Assembly (NCBI GenBank): GCA_947491025.1 | Contig: CANLIC010000002.1 | Coordinates: forward strand, 197,123-261,122 | Source: Myxococcales bacterium | Lineage (GTDB): Bacteria; Myxococcota_A; UBA9042 | Reading direction: 5' to 3' | Length of the DNA: 64,000 bases | Part shown: positions 43,100 to 53,805 of the stretch, piece by piece | Position numbering within the stretch: the stretch's first letter is position 1 | How the letters are laid out: each line of letters begins with the position of its first letter | Position numbers and translations under genes: made by a program | Notes under the pieces: generated by a model | Seen by the model: the letters and a program-made list of their open reading frames with translations, nothing else | Databases searched by the model: none | Told to the model about the DNA's origin: nothing

Positions 43100-45417
43100 A
43101 CGCGCCAGTGAGGCCGCCACATGCCATCGGCCGCTCCGTGCTGCGCGCCGACGTGCGCGACAAGGTGACGGGCGAGGCGCGCTACGGCGGCGATTTGCGG
43201 GGGCCGGAGACGCTGAGCGCCGCGGTGGTCCGCAGCCCGCACCCGCACGCCCGGATCCTCGGCGTCGACGCCGCCGCCGCGCGCGCCCTGCCCGGGGTGG
43301 TGGCGGTTTTCGGCCGCGACGACATCGATGGCACCAACCGTCATGGCCTGATCAAGCGCGACCATCCGGTGTTCTGCGACGAGGTGGCGCGCTACCTCGG
43401 CGACGCTGTCGCGCTGGTGGTGGCGACCTCGCCGGAGGCCGCCGAGCACGCCTGCAAAGCCGTACGCGTCGACTACGAGGCGCTGCCGGTGCTCGGGAGC
43501 ATGGACGAGGCCATGGCGCCAGGCGCGCCCGCGATCTTCCCGACCGGCAACGTGCTGAGCCAACAGCTGATCCGCAAGGGCGACGCCGACGCGGCGCTTG
43601 CGACGGCCGACGCGATCGTGCGCTGCCGCTTCAAGATGCGCGGCGTCGACCACGCCTTCCTCGACGTAGAGGCTGGCTACGCCGAGCCCGAGGGCGACGG
43701 TGTCGTCATCTGCGCGAGCGGACAGTGGATCCACGAGGAGCGGCGGCTGGTCGCGCTGGCCATCGGCATCCCTGTCGAGCGGGTCCGCATCGTCCAGCCT
43801 GCGACTGGCGGCGCATTCGGCGGTCGCGAGGACATCTCAATTCAGATCTACCTCGGCCTCGCCGCGCTCAAGCTCGGCCAGCCCGTGCGCATCCAGTACA
43901 CGCGCGAAGAGTCGATGGTTGCGCGCCACAAGCGCCACCCCATCGAGGTCGACTACACGCTCGGCGCCAAGGCCGACGGCACCTTTGTCGCCGCCAAGGT
44001 CATGATTCGCTCGGACGAAGGGGCCTACGCCTCGACCGGACCGGCGGTGCTCCGCAAGGCGGTGAGCCACTGCACGGGGCCTTACCGCGTGCCCAACATC
44101 CACTGCGATGGCGTGGCGATCTTCACCAACACCTGCCCAACCGGGGCGATGCGGGGCTTTGGCGCCTGCCAGCTGGCCATCGCCTACGAGGGTGCGGTCG
44201 AGGCGATGGCGCGCGAGCTCGGCATCGACGTGGTGACCCTCAAACGCAAGAACCTGCTGCAGGACGGCGATCGACTGACCACCAACCAGGTCGTCAACGT
44301 GGCGAGCGGCGGCGAGGTCCTCGAGGCCGCGCTGACGAAGTTCGGCTGGGAGTCGCGCTCCCGCAGCGCGCCGGCGCCGCATTTGAGGCGCGGCTTTGGT
44401 GTCAGCAGCATCTGCTTCGGCCTCGGCTACGGCGACGGCTACCCCGATCGCTCGTTTGCGCGGGTCCGGATCGCCGAAGATGGGGTCGTCGAAGTGCTCT
44501 CGTCCGGCGTCGACGTCGGTCAGGGCCTGCACGGTCTGCTCGGCCAAATTGCCGCCGAGGTGCTCGGCGTCGAGCCCGGGGACGTGCGCGTCATCGGCCA
44601 CGACACCGGCACCACGCCCGAGTCTGGCTCGTCCTCGGCGACGCGGCAGACGGTGTTCACCGGCAATGCGGTCAAGCTCGCCGCCTCCGAGGTGCATCGG
44701 CAGCTCATGGACGCCGCCGCCATCACCCTCGGCCTGCATTGGGACGACCTCGTGATGGCCGATGGCTGCGTCGTCAGCGCCCACGGCCCAGAGGTGAAAT
44801 TGCCGCTGGCCTTCGTGGTGCGGGCGGCGCGCGAGCGGGGCTATGCGCTCGATCATACGGCGCTCTACCAGCCGCGCACGGTTCCGGGCGGAGCGTCCGA
44901 CGGTCTCTCGCCGCGGGCGTTCTTGACCTACATGTTCGGCAGCCACGTCGCCGAGGTGCTGGTCGACATCGAGACCGGTGAGGTAAAGGTCCAGCGCATC
45001 GTCGCCGCCCACGACGTCGGGATGGCGATCAACCCACGCGAGGTGGCCGGCCAGATCGAGGGCGGCGTAGCGCAAGGGCTCGGCATGGCGCTCATGGAGG
45101 AGATCGTCACCCGCGAGGGCAAGATCCTCAACGCGAGCTTCACCGACTACATCATTCCGACGATCGTCGATGTGCCGCCGATCGAGGCCGTCATCGTCGA
45201 GCGACCCGACATCGAGGGTCCCTTTGGCGCCCGCGGCGTCGGCGAGCCGCCCCTGATCGGGACGGTGCCGGCGATCCTGGCCGCGATCGCAGACGCCATC
45301 GGCCTGCCGGTCCGCGAGACGCCGGCGACCTCCGAGCGAGTCTGGCGGCTGTTGCAGACCTCTCCGGCCTGGAACGAGGCGCCGCAGTCCGAACCGGCAA
45401 GCGCCGGTCAGCGCTGA
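43096..45417 (+). CDS. Xanthine-dehydrogenase-family molybdoenzyme, molybdopterin-binding large subunit (CoxL/aldehyde-oxidase-like).
   Basis: At 773 aa it has the a/b hammerhead and Moco-binding domain layout ('GGAFGGRE', 'GQGLHG'). A 4-nt overlap links it to the FeS subunit. Confidence 0.9.
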   Translation: MNAPVRPPHAIGRSVLRADVRDKVTGEARYGGDLRGPETLSAAVVRSPHPHARILGVDAAAARALPGVVAVFGRDDIDGTNRHGLIKRDHPVFCDEVARYLGDAVALVVATSPEAAEHACKAVRVDYEALPVLGSMDEAMAPGAPAIFPTGNVLSQQLIRKGDADAALATADAIVRCRFKMRGVDHAFLDVEAGYAEPEGDGVVICASGQWIHEERRLVALAIGIPVERVRIVQPATGGAFGGREDISIQIYLGLAALKLGQPVRIQYTREESMVARHKRHPIEVDYTLGAKADGTFVAAKVMIRSDEGAYASTGPAVLRKAVSHCTGPYRVPNIHCDGVAIFTNTCPTGAMRGFGACQLAIAYEGAVEAMARELGIDVVTLKRKNLLQDGDRLTTNQVVNVASGGEVLEAALTKFGWESRSRSAPAPHLRRGFGVSSICFGLGYGDGYPDRSFARVRIAEDGVVEVLSSGVDVGQGLHGLLGQIAAEVLGVEPGDVRVIGHDTGTTPESGSSSATRQTVFTGNAVKLAASEVHRQLMDAAAITLGLHWDDLVMADGCVVSAHGPEVKLPLAFVVRAARERGYALDHTALYQPRTVPGGASDGLSPRAFLTYMFGSHVAEVLVDIETGEVKVQRIVAAHDVGMAINPREVAGQIEGGVAQGLGMALMEEIVTREGKILNASFTDYIIPTIVDVPPIEAVIVERPDIEGPFGARGVGEPPLIGTVPAILAAIADAIGLPVRETPATSERVWRLLQTSPAWNEAPQSEPASAGQR

Positions 45418-45418
45418 G

Positions 45419-45844
45419 GTGGCGCTCGCGTTCGCGCTGACGCTGCTCGTCGGCCTCGCCATCGTCGTCCAGGGCGGGATCAACGCCCGCCTCGGCCAGC
45501 AACACAGCCTGTGGCTGCTGGTGACCATCGGCAACGCCGTGGCGGCGCTGGGCTCCGGGGCGGCATGGCTCTGGCTGCGCCGCAGCGGCCCGATGGTGGC
45601 GGAGCTGCAGCGGGTGCCCTGGCTGGTTTTGGTGCCGAGCGTGGCGGGCATCGCGATCGTGGCCGGGATGCCGGCAGCGATCGCGCGGGTCGGCGTCGGC
45701 CGGGCCGTGGTCCTTGTCATCGCGGTGCAGCTGGTCGCAGGGTTGCTCTGGGATCGCTTCGGTGTCGGCGGGGCCTTGAGCGCCCAGCGGCTCGCCGGCG
45801 CGGCGCTGGTCATGCTCGGGAGCTGGCTCGTCGTGCGCGGCTGA
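45419..45844 (+). CDS. Small DMT-superfamily membrane protein (YdcZ/DUF606-like), 4 TM.
   Basis: Of 141 aa, almost all are hydrophobic helices. It starts 2 nt after the molybdoenzyme large-subunit stop. Confidence 0.5.
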   Translation: MALAFALTLLVGLAIVVQGGINARLGQQHSLWLLVTIGNAVAALGSGAAWLWLRRSGPMVAELQRVPWLVLVPSVAGIAIVAGMPAAIARVGVGRAVVLVIAVQLVAGLLWDRFGVGGALSAQRLAGAALVMLGSWLVVRG

Positions 45845-46035
45845 GGCGGCACGGTGCTCGGGACGGTCAGGAGCTGGCTCGTCGCCGGGGCTCCGGCGGG
45901 GCGTCGCGGGGTCCGCGGCCGGCCCTTCCGCTCCATCCAACGCCCTGACCTGCCGCGGGCGCTACCCCAGCGCCGCGACCTGTGCTATCCGCCCCCGGCC
46001 GCGCGCACCACCGCGCGCCGCCAGAGGCAGTTCGC

Positions 46036-46995
46036 ATGACGCAGGTCACCTTCGATCTCCAAGCCACGGCGGCCGCAGAGGCGCCAGAGGACGAGCTGAC
46101 CGCTCGCCGCGCCCAGGAACTTTGCGCGCACCTGCTGATTCACCGCTGGCTGCCCAAGCGCAGCACCCGCGACCTGATGATCGACGACGGCTTGCGCCGC
46201 AGCGTCGATCGCCGCTTGGCGGGCGTCGGCCTTCAGCTCATCGATTCGTACACCTCCAACTACTTCGCGGTACGCCTGCTGCCGGCGATCGAGGGCGACG
46301 TCCGCTTTGACTGGTCGACCAACGCCCGACTGCCGCGCGGCGCGGTGGCGCTGCTGGTCATCCTGTGGACGCGCCTGGTGCTGCCACGGCGGGTCGCCAG
46401 CGATGAGGCCCGACGCGCGCGCGACGATGCGCAGCAGCGCGCCATCCAGCGCGGCGAAGATCCGGCGCTCGCCGATGCGGCGCAGGTGCAGGGCGACCGG
46501 CTGCCCGCGCCCACCGTCGCCCGGACCGCGCTCTACGCGGAGTTCGGGCACCGCTTCGGCAAGATCGCGTTTGCCAGGTACCTCTCGCAGCTCAAGAGCG
46601 CCGGCCTCGTGCTCGAGAATCGGGCCGGCCTGCTGCGCGAGGGGCCCCTGCTCGACGTGCTGGTCGACGGCGTCACGATGGCGCGCAAGCTGCGCGACTC
46701 GGTGCTCTGGGACCTGCTGGAGCGCGACGGCGGCGCGGCGCATGAGCCCGAGATCCCGGGCCTGACTCCAACGGCCGCCCCTGCGGCACCTGCCGGCAGC
46801 GCCTTCGCGGTGGCCGCCACAGGAGGGGCTTCGAGCGACGCATTGGGCGCCGCCGCGGGCGCCTCAAGGAGCGAAGCCGGCAGCGCCGCGGCGTCCGACG
46901 CCGACGACGCGCCGCCAGCAGACGGCGAAGCGCAAGCCCAAGCCGAACTCGAGGCCATCGACGATGACTTTGACGACTGGGCGGACGACGCCTAG
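46036..46995 (+). CDS. Hypothetical protein with two winged-helix-like segments and a strongly acidic C-terminal tail; possible KITE-like (MksE/MukE/ScpB-like) partner of the downstream SMC-family ATPase.
   Basis: Start at the ATG at 46036, since the track's GTG at 45982 adds an Arg/His-rich leader. wHTH-like segments 'FARYLSQLKSAGLVLENRAGLLREGPLLDVL' and 'ELCAHLLIHRWLPKRSTRDLMIDDGLRRSVDRRLAGVGLQLID'. The tail '...EAQAQAELEAIDDDFDDWADDA' is acidic. Its stop lies 23 nt before the ATPase gene. Confidence 0.5.
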   Translation: MTQVTFDLQATAAAEAPEDELTARRAQELCAHLLIHRWLPKRSTRDLMIDDGLRRSVDRRLAGVGLQLIDSYTSNYFAVRLLPAIEGDVRFDWSTNARLPRGAVALLVILWTRLVLPRRVASDEARRARDDAQQRAIQRGEDPALADAAQVQGDRLPAPTVARTALYAEFGHRFGKIAFARYLSQLKSAGLVLENRAGLLREGPLLDVLVDGVTMARKLRDSVLWDLLERDGGAAHEPEIPGLTPTAAPAAPAGSAFAVAATGGASSDALGAAAGASRSEAGSAAASDADDAPPADGEAQAQAELEAIDDDFDDWADDA

Positions 46996-47018
46996 GGCGC
47001 CAAGGAGTAGGCCGATTC

Positions 47019-49859
47019 ATGTTTACGTTCAAGGCCATCGAGCTGCTGAACTGGGACTGGTGGGCGCACATCCGCCTGCCGCTCGACGACGACGTCGTGC
47101 TGGTCGCCGGCCCCAACGGCTCGGGCAAGACGACGTTCCTCGACGCCTTGCGGGTGCTGCTCAACGCCACGCGCCTGTCGACCTCGCGCAAGCTGCCGCA
47201 ATACCTGCGCGAAGACACCGGCGTCGCCGTCGTCAAGGCCGTCGTCGACAACCGCCACCGCCGCGCCGTCGGCCGCCGGCCCTTCGCCCACCTCGGCCTC
47301 TTCGGCGACGAGGCGACGCTGGCCTGCGTCATGGAACGGCGCGCCGGGGCCTGGGAGCGCAAGTACCTGATCTTGGATGGCGATCCGCCCATCGACGCTG
47401 TCCGCACGGCGACGCCGGCTTGGAAGCCGATGGAGTTCTCGCGCGAGCTCGAGGCCGCCGGTGTGCCGCGGACGCTGCTGCGCATCCTCGCCCTCGAACA
47501 GGGCGAGACGCACAAGCTCGCCGAACGCAGCCCCGAGCAACTGCTGGAGTATGTGCTGGAGATGCAGGGCGACAAGGCCGCCCTGGAGCGCTACGACGAG
47601 GCGCGCAGCAGCTACTTGCAGAGCCAGCGCGATCTCTCCGACTTTGAAGAGAAGCTTGGCACGGTGCGGCTGCACGTCGACGGCCTACGCAAGGACGCTG
47701 AGGCCTATCAGCGCTACACGGAGCTGGTCGAGGCCGAGCGTGAAGTGCGCGAGGAGCGGCTGCCAGCGGCCCGCTGCGCCGCGCTGCGCCTGCAAGTCCA
47801 GGCCGCGCAAGAGGATGTCGACCGCGCGCGCCGCTCTGCCGCCGAGGCGGATGGCGTACTCGGCAGCTTCGACCGCGAGAGCGCCGAGCTCAAAGCGGCC
47901 GCCGCCGACATCCGCCACGAGGTCGAGCGCCGCAAGGGCTTGTACCAGCAGCTGATCTCCGCCAAGGAGCGCCTCGACGGCGAGGCGCGCGACCTGCGCC
48001 GCTGGGCGACCGAGGTGGCCGAGACCGGCGCTGCACGCGGCGACGTCGACGTCGTGGCGCTCACCGCGGAGCGCGAGCGGCTGCTCGAGTCCGAGGCGGC
48101 GCTGCGGGCCGAGCTCAACGGCCTCATCGGCCAGATCAACCGGCTACGCGGCGAACGCGAGACCCTCGACAGCGGAAGCCAGCGGCCGCCGCCGGACTGG
48201 GTCGAGCGCATGCAACGCGAGCTGCGCAGCCGCGACATCGCCGCCGTGCTGGTCGCCGACACCATCGAGATCGCCGACGAGCACTGGCACGTCGCCGTCG
48301 AGTCGGTGCTCGGCCGCGAACGCTTCACCATCCTGGTCGACTCCAAGGACACGGCCGCTGCGCGCAAGATCGCGCAGCAGCAGCGCTACCGTTGCTACAT
48401 CTCCGACCTGCAACGCGGCAGCGGCAAGCCGACGACGGTGCGCTCGCGGCCCGGCTCGGCGCTGTCGGTGGTGCGCCTGCGCGATGACCGCGTACCTGAA
48501 GCGATTTTGCGCATCCTCGACAGTGTGCAGCTGGTCGAGAGCGTCGACGACGGCCTCAAGCTCGGCCGCGGCGAGACCAGCATCACGCCCGACGGTTACC
48601 GCCAGGACGCCCGCGGCGGCATCTACGTCGGCCAGACCGAGCTCTATTGCGGCGCCGGCGCTGGCAGCCACCGCAAGGGCCGCATCGACGACGAGCTCGC
48701 CGAGCTGCGCGGTCGCCGCGACACCCTGCAGCGCAGCTTGGAGCCCTCGCAGCAGCGGTTGCGCGGCATCGATGAGGCGCTGGCGGCGGCCAAGGCCCGC
48801 GAGCGCTTGCTGGGCCGCGCCGGCGACATCGACACGCTGCAGGCCCGCATCGACGCCCTCGACGCCGAGCGGCGGGCGGCGAGCGAGCGTCTGATGGCCG
48901 TGCTGCAGGAGGTCGACGACCACAACCGCGAGCTGGTCGCCAAGGAGCGCCGGCTCTCTCTGCTCGAGTACCGCCACCGCGAGGCCCAGATCGAGCGCGA
49001 TCGCGGCCGGGTGTCGATGGCCGGCGCCGAGAGCCGCCGCGACCGCCTGCAGATCGACCTGCAGGACGCCGAGGCGCGGGTGCCCGAGCGCCTGCGCCAC
49101 CCGGCGGCGATGGCGCTGCTCGAGCCGGAGGTTGTGCTCATCGAGCGCCAGGCCGCGCTCCGGCAGCGGATGGCCGCTTGGACCGGCCCGCGCGACGGCC
49201 GCGCCGTAGCCCTCTGGCAGCGCGCGCACTCCGAGCTGGTCGAGTCCGAGCGCTCGATGGCCCTGCGCCGGCGCGAGCTCGACGCCAGCACAGAGGAGCT
49301 CGCGCTCGCCCGCCGCGCCTATGTCCGCGTCGTCGAAGAGACCATTCGGCGCTACCGCCGCAACGTGCTGCGCCTGGGCGAGCTCTGTCGCGTCGACGTC
49401 AAGGTGGCGGTGCCGGGCGCCGAGGCGCTGCGCGGCGACGCCGAGGGCCTGGTTGGCCGTGTCGGGCTAGAGGTCAAGGTCGGCTTTGACGGCAAGCGAC
49501 CGGTGGCGGTGCATGACCCCGAGCTCTCGGGCGGCCAGCGGGTGGTGTCGTCGCTGATCCTGCTGATGGCGCTGACGATGAGCGATGAGGGTGATACGGC
49601 GGGCTTTTTCATCCTCGATGAGCCCTTCGCCCACCTCTCGGTCGAGCGCATCGACGAGGTGGCGCGCTTTCTGCTGGTGACGCGGGCGCAGTTCCTCATC
49701 ACCACGCCGACCACGCACAACCTCCTGGTCTACAACCCGGCCGGTCTGACGCTGAATCTGCGCAAGAAGCCGGCGCAGCAGCGTTTTGCGCCGGTGCCGA
49801 CCTTCCTGCGCCGCGAACGCGAGCTGCCGACCGCGGCGGGCCCCGCGGCGCCGACCTAG
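47019..49859 (+). CDS. MukB/MksB-like SMC-family ATPase (946 aa).
   Basis: The N-terminal head 'FKAIELLNWDWWAHIRLPLDDDVVLVAGPNGSGKTTFLDAL' parallels MukB '[38 protein letters not shown]'. About 600 aa of heptad-rich coiled coil follow. The C-terminal head 'LSGGQRVVSSLILLMALT ... FFILDEPFAHLSVERI ... QFLITTPT' parallels MukB 'LSTGEAIGTGMSILVMVV ... LLFLDEAARLDARSI ... QLIIAAPE'. An AAGGAG RBS lies 8 nt upstream. Confidence 0.8.
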   Translation: MFTFKAIELLNWDWWAHIRLPLDDDVVLVAGPNGSGKTTFLDALRVLLNATRLSTSRKLPQYLREDTGVAVVKAVVDNRHRRAVGRRPFAHLGLFGDEATLACVMERRAGAWERKYLILDGDPPIDAVRTATPAWKPMEFSRELEAAGVPRTLLRILALEQGETHKLAERSPEQLLEYVLEMQGDKAALERYDEARSSYLQSQRDLSDFEEKLGTVRLHVDGLRKDAEAYQRYTELVEAEREVREERLPAARCAALRLQVQAAQEDVDRARRSAAEADGVLGSFDRESAELKAAAADIRHEVERRKGLYQQLISAKERLDGEARDLRRWATEVAETGAARGDVDVVALTAERERLLESEAALRAELNGLIGQINRLRGERETLDSGSQRPPPDWVERMQRELRSRDIAAVLVADTIEIADEHWHVAVESVLGRERFTILVDSKDTAAARKIAQQQRYRCYISDLQRGSGKPTTVRSRPGSALSVVRLRDDRVPEAILRILDSVQLVESVDDGLKLGRGETSITPDGYRQDARGGIYVGQTELYCGAGAGSHRKGRIDDELAELRGRRDTLQRSLEPSQQRLRGIDEALAAAKARERLLGRAGDIDTLQARIDALDAERRAASERLMAVLQEVDDHNRELVAKERRLSLLEYRHREAQIERDRGRVSMAGAESRRDRLQIDLQDAEARVPERLRHPAAMALLEPEVVLIERQAALRQRMAAWTGPRDGRAVALWQRAHSELVESERSMALRRRELDASTEELALARRAYVRVVEETIRRYRRNVLRLGELCRVDVKVAVPGAEALRGDAEGLVGRVGLEVKVGFDGKRPVAVHDPELSGGQRVVSSLILLMALTMSDEGDTAGFFILDEPFAHLSVERIDEVARFLLVTRAQFLITTPTTHNLLVYNPAGLTLNLRKKPAQQRFAPVPTFLRRERELPTAAGPAAPT

Positions 49860-49989
49860 CGGCGGCCTTGGTCGGGGTGTCGAGGCCCCGCTGGGCGCCG
49901 CGCCGATCGTCGTTTCCCGATGCAATTTTCCCGCCCACGCGACATCTTGCAGGGACGCATGCGGCCAAGTGCCGCCGAGGGAGCACGCC

Positions 49990-51024
49990 ATGGTTTGGGG
50001 ACCCACCAACCGGCCGCAGCCGGGACAGCAACAGCAAGGCCCGCAGACCGGCCCCCACGCCCCCGGCGGCGGTGGACCGGCGCAAACGCCCCAGGCCCCG
50101 GCGGCTCCCGGCGGCGGCGCGCTGAGCAATCCGCTCTTCTCGGGCGATCACGTCCTGGAGCAAGTCGCCAAGGGCAACGGCACCTTGCGCAAGGGCAGCC
50201 GTGGCCCCGCCGTGCGCGCTCTACAGACCTACCTGAGCAGCGTAGGCCTCGGCTCGATGCTCGGCCGCGCTGGCCCGGACGGCGACTATGGCACCGGCAC
50301 CGTGAACGCGGTCAAGGCGTGGCAGAAGGCCAAGGGCCTCGGCGACGACGGCGTGGTCGGCGCCGACACCCTGGCGCGCATGGACAAAGACACCGCGCAG
50401 GTACAGGCGCCGCAGCCGACGACCCAGAACGCCGCCAACACGTCGGCGCCGAGCGCCGGCGCGCCGGGCAGCCGCAACGGCGGGTTGCCGGCCGACTTCC
50501 AGAAGATGTGGGACGCCCACCCGCACAACTACCTGGCAGACAGCAGCCAGAACATCGACAGCGCCAAGCTGCAAGAGCAGCAGGGCTGGAGTCCCGACCA
50601 GTACTCCAACACCTGCGCCATTCGCCTCTCGATCATGTGGAACCAGCTCGGCGGCGGGTATCGGCTCACGCCAGAGAAGGCCAAGGCCGCCGGCCTCGAT
50701 CCGGGCCGCTTGCCCTACTCGCGCAAGACCGGCTGGTACTACATCCTCTCGGCCAAAGAGATGTGGATGTACATGGAGAAGCACATGGGCAAGCCGCATG
50801 CCCAGTGGCCGGCGAACGGCAAGCGCTTCAAGGACGGGGCCGCGTTCGACGAGGAGTTCCGCTCCAAGATCGAGCCCGAGATCGCCGGCCGCAAGGGCGT
50901 CGTGGCCTTCGACAAGATCTTCGGCTACTCGGGCACCGGCCACGTCGACATCTTCAACGGCACGCAGCTGTCCGACGCCGCGAGCTGGTACCCCTGCCAG
51001 TCGCTCAAGGTCTGGTACATCTAG
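49990..51024 (+). CDS. Peptidoglycan-binding domain (PG_binding_1) fused to a Tae4-family (papain-like Cys/His) gamma-D-glutamyl-mDAP amidase domain; no signal peptide.
   Basis: PG_binding_1: 'LRKGSRGPAVRALQTYLSSVGL ... DGDYGTGTVNAVKAWQKAKGLGDDGVVGADTLARM'. Tae4-like catalytic motifs 'NTCAIRLSIMWN' (compare Tae4 'NACPIRMSYVLN') and 'GTGHVDIFNGT' (compare 'RGHVTLWNGS'). The N-terminus 'MVWGPTNRPQPGQQQQGPQTGP...' is Gln/Pro/Gly-rich and low complexity. Start trimmed to the ATG at 49990. Confidence 0.75.
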   Translation: MVWGPTNRPQPGQQQQGPQTGPHAPGGGGPAQTPQAPAAPGGGALSNPLFSGDHVLEQVAKGNGTLRKGSRGPAVRALQTYLSSVGLGSMLGRAGPDGDYGTGTVNAVKAWQKAKGLGDDGVVGADTLARMDKDTAQVQAPQPTTQNAANTSAPSAGAPGSRNGGLPADFQKMWDAHPHNYLADSSQNIDSAKLQEQQGWSPDQYSNTCAIRLSIMWNQLGGGYRLTPEKAKAAGLDPGRLPYSRKTGWYYILSAKEMWMYMEKHMGKPHAQWPANGKRFKDGAAFDEEFRSKIEPEIAGRKGVVAFDKIFGYSGTGHVDIFNGTQLSDAASWYPCQSLKVWYI

Positions 51025-51330
51025 CCCCCGGAATCGCATCTTCGGCCGCGCGGCGCCTGCGCCGGGGCTGGGAGGCGCTGAGCGCCAGGCTCTAACGTTG
51101 CCCTGCGCCGCGCTGGCGACGGGCGGACGGCAAGCGCCTCCGCGACGAAGCCAGGCACGCCCGGCGGCTGCGCATCGGCTCTGCCTTCGCGCCCGCGCAC
51201 GACCTGGGCGACGCCTTGTCGACGCGGCAAAGACGTCGCCGGGGCGCCCGCGCCATTGCCAGCGCCCGAGGACCGCGCCAGCATGCCGGCGCGCGCCCTG
51301 CGCCTGTTGCCGGGCCGCTGAGGAGCCGCC

Positions 51331-52986
<1,656 letters not shown>

Positions 52987-53019
52987 GCCGATGGCCGCAG
53001 ACGCAGGAAGAGGCGTGGC

Positions 53020-53805
53020 CTAAGCGTTGGCGCGGGCCCGCAGCAGCAGCGCCGCCATCTCCAGCCAGCCATCCGCTGCTTCAGCGACGACGTAGCGCGG
53101 CAGGGCGGGGATGACCGCGCGCTGCTCGAGGACCTGCGCGCAGCCGACCGGTAGCCCAAAGCGCCCCGGCAGCCAGAAGCCGGCGTCATTGGGCGCGTCG
53201 CCGATGGTCAAGATCGCGTCGGCCATGACGCCCTCGCCGGCCAGCAGATCGAGCACCGCCCTGCCCTTGTCGGCGGGGTCGAGGCTGAGGTGAATGTGGA
53301 CGTTGCTCCACAGCAGGTGCACGCCCAGCGCCTCGGCCCTTTCGCGCATCGCAGCCAGCGCGGCGTCTTCGCGGCCGTCGCGTTCAAAGGCGAGGTCGCA
53401 GAGGCGGCAGAAGGCGTCCTCGGCCTCGCGCAGCGGCGGGTCGTGGGCGATGGCGGCGGCGACGGCGCGCAAGCGCTCACGATCGGGGCGTTGGTAGAGG
53501 GCGGTGACGGCCCGGCCCGGTTCGACCAGCGCGAGGCCGTTCTCGGCCAGGGCGCGGCGGACACCGGGCAGGTAGCGCGCGAGGCCCAGCACCTCGCCGG
53601 CGGGGCGGCCGCTGACCGGCAGCACCTCGACGCCCGCGCGGACGAGGGCCGTGATGGCGGCCATCACCTCGCCGTCGAGCCGGCCGTCGCGGGTCATGGT
53701 GCCGTCGATGTCGCTGGCCACGAGGCGAATCGCCCGCAGCTGCGCCCCATCGGCGGTGGCGAGGGGCTGCGGCTCGCGCTCGGTTTCGTGCGGCGGTTGG
53801 CTCAC
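53020..53805 (-). CDS. HAD-superfamily hydrolase (HAD-IIB, Cof/sugar-phosphate phosphatase-like).
   Basis: Motif I 'LVASDIDGTMT'. The C-terminal 'TIGDAPNDAGF' is a motif IV DxxND-like element. A 4-nt overlap links it to the upstream TPR gene. Confidence 0.7.
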   Translation of the reverse strand: MSQPPHETEREPQPLATADGAQLRAIRLVASDIDGTMTRDGRLDGEVMAAITALVRAGVEVLPVSGRPAGEVLGLARYLPGVRRALAENGLALVEPGRAVTALYQRPDRERLRAVAAAIAHDPPLREAEDAFCRLCDLAFERDGREDAALAAMRERAEALGVHLLWSNVHIHLSLDPADKGRAVLDLLAGEGVMADAILTIGDAPNDAGFWLPGRFGLPVGCAQVLEQRAVIPALPRYVVAEAADGWLEMAALLLRARANA

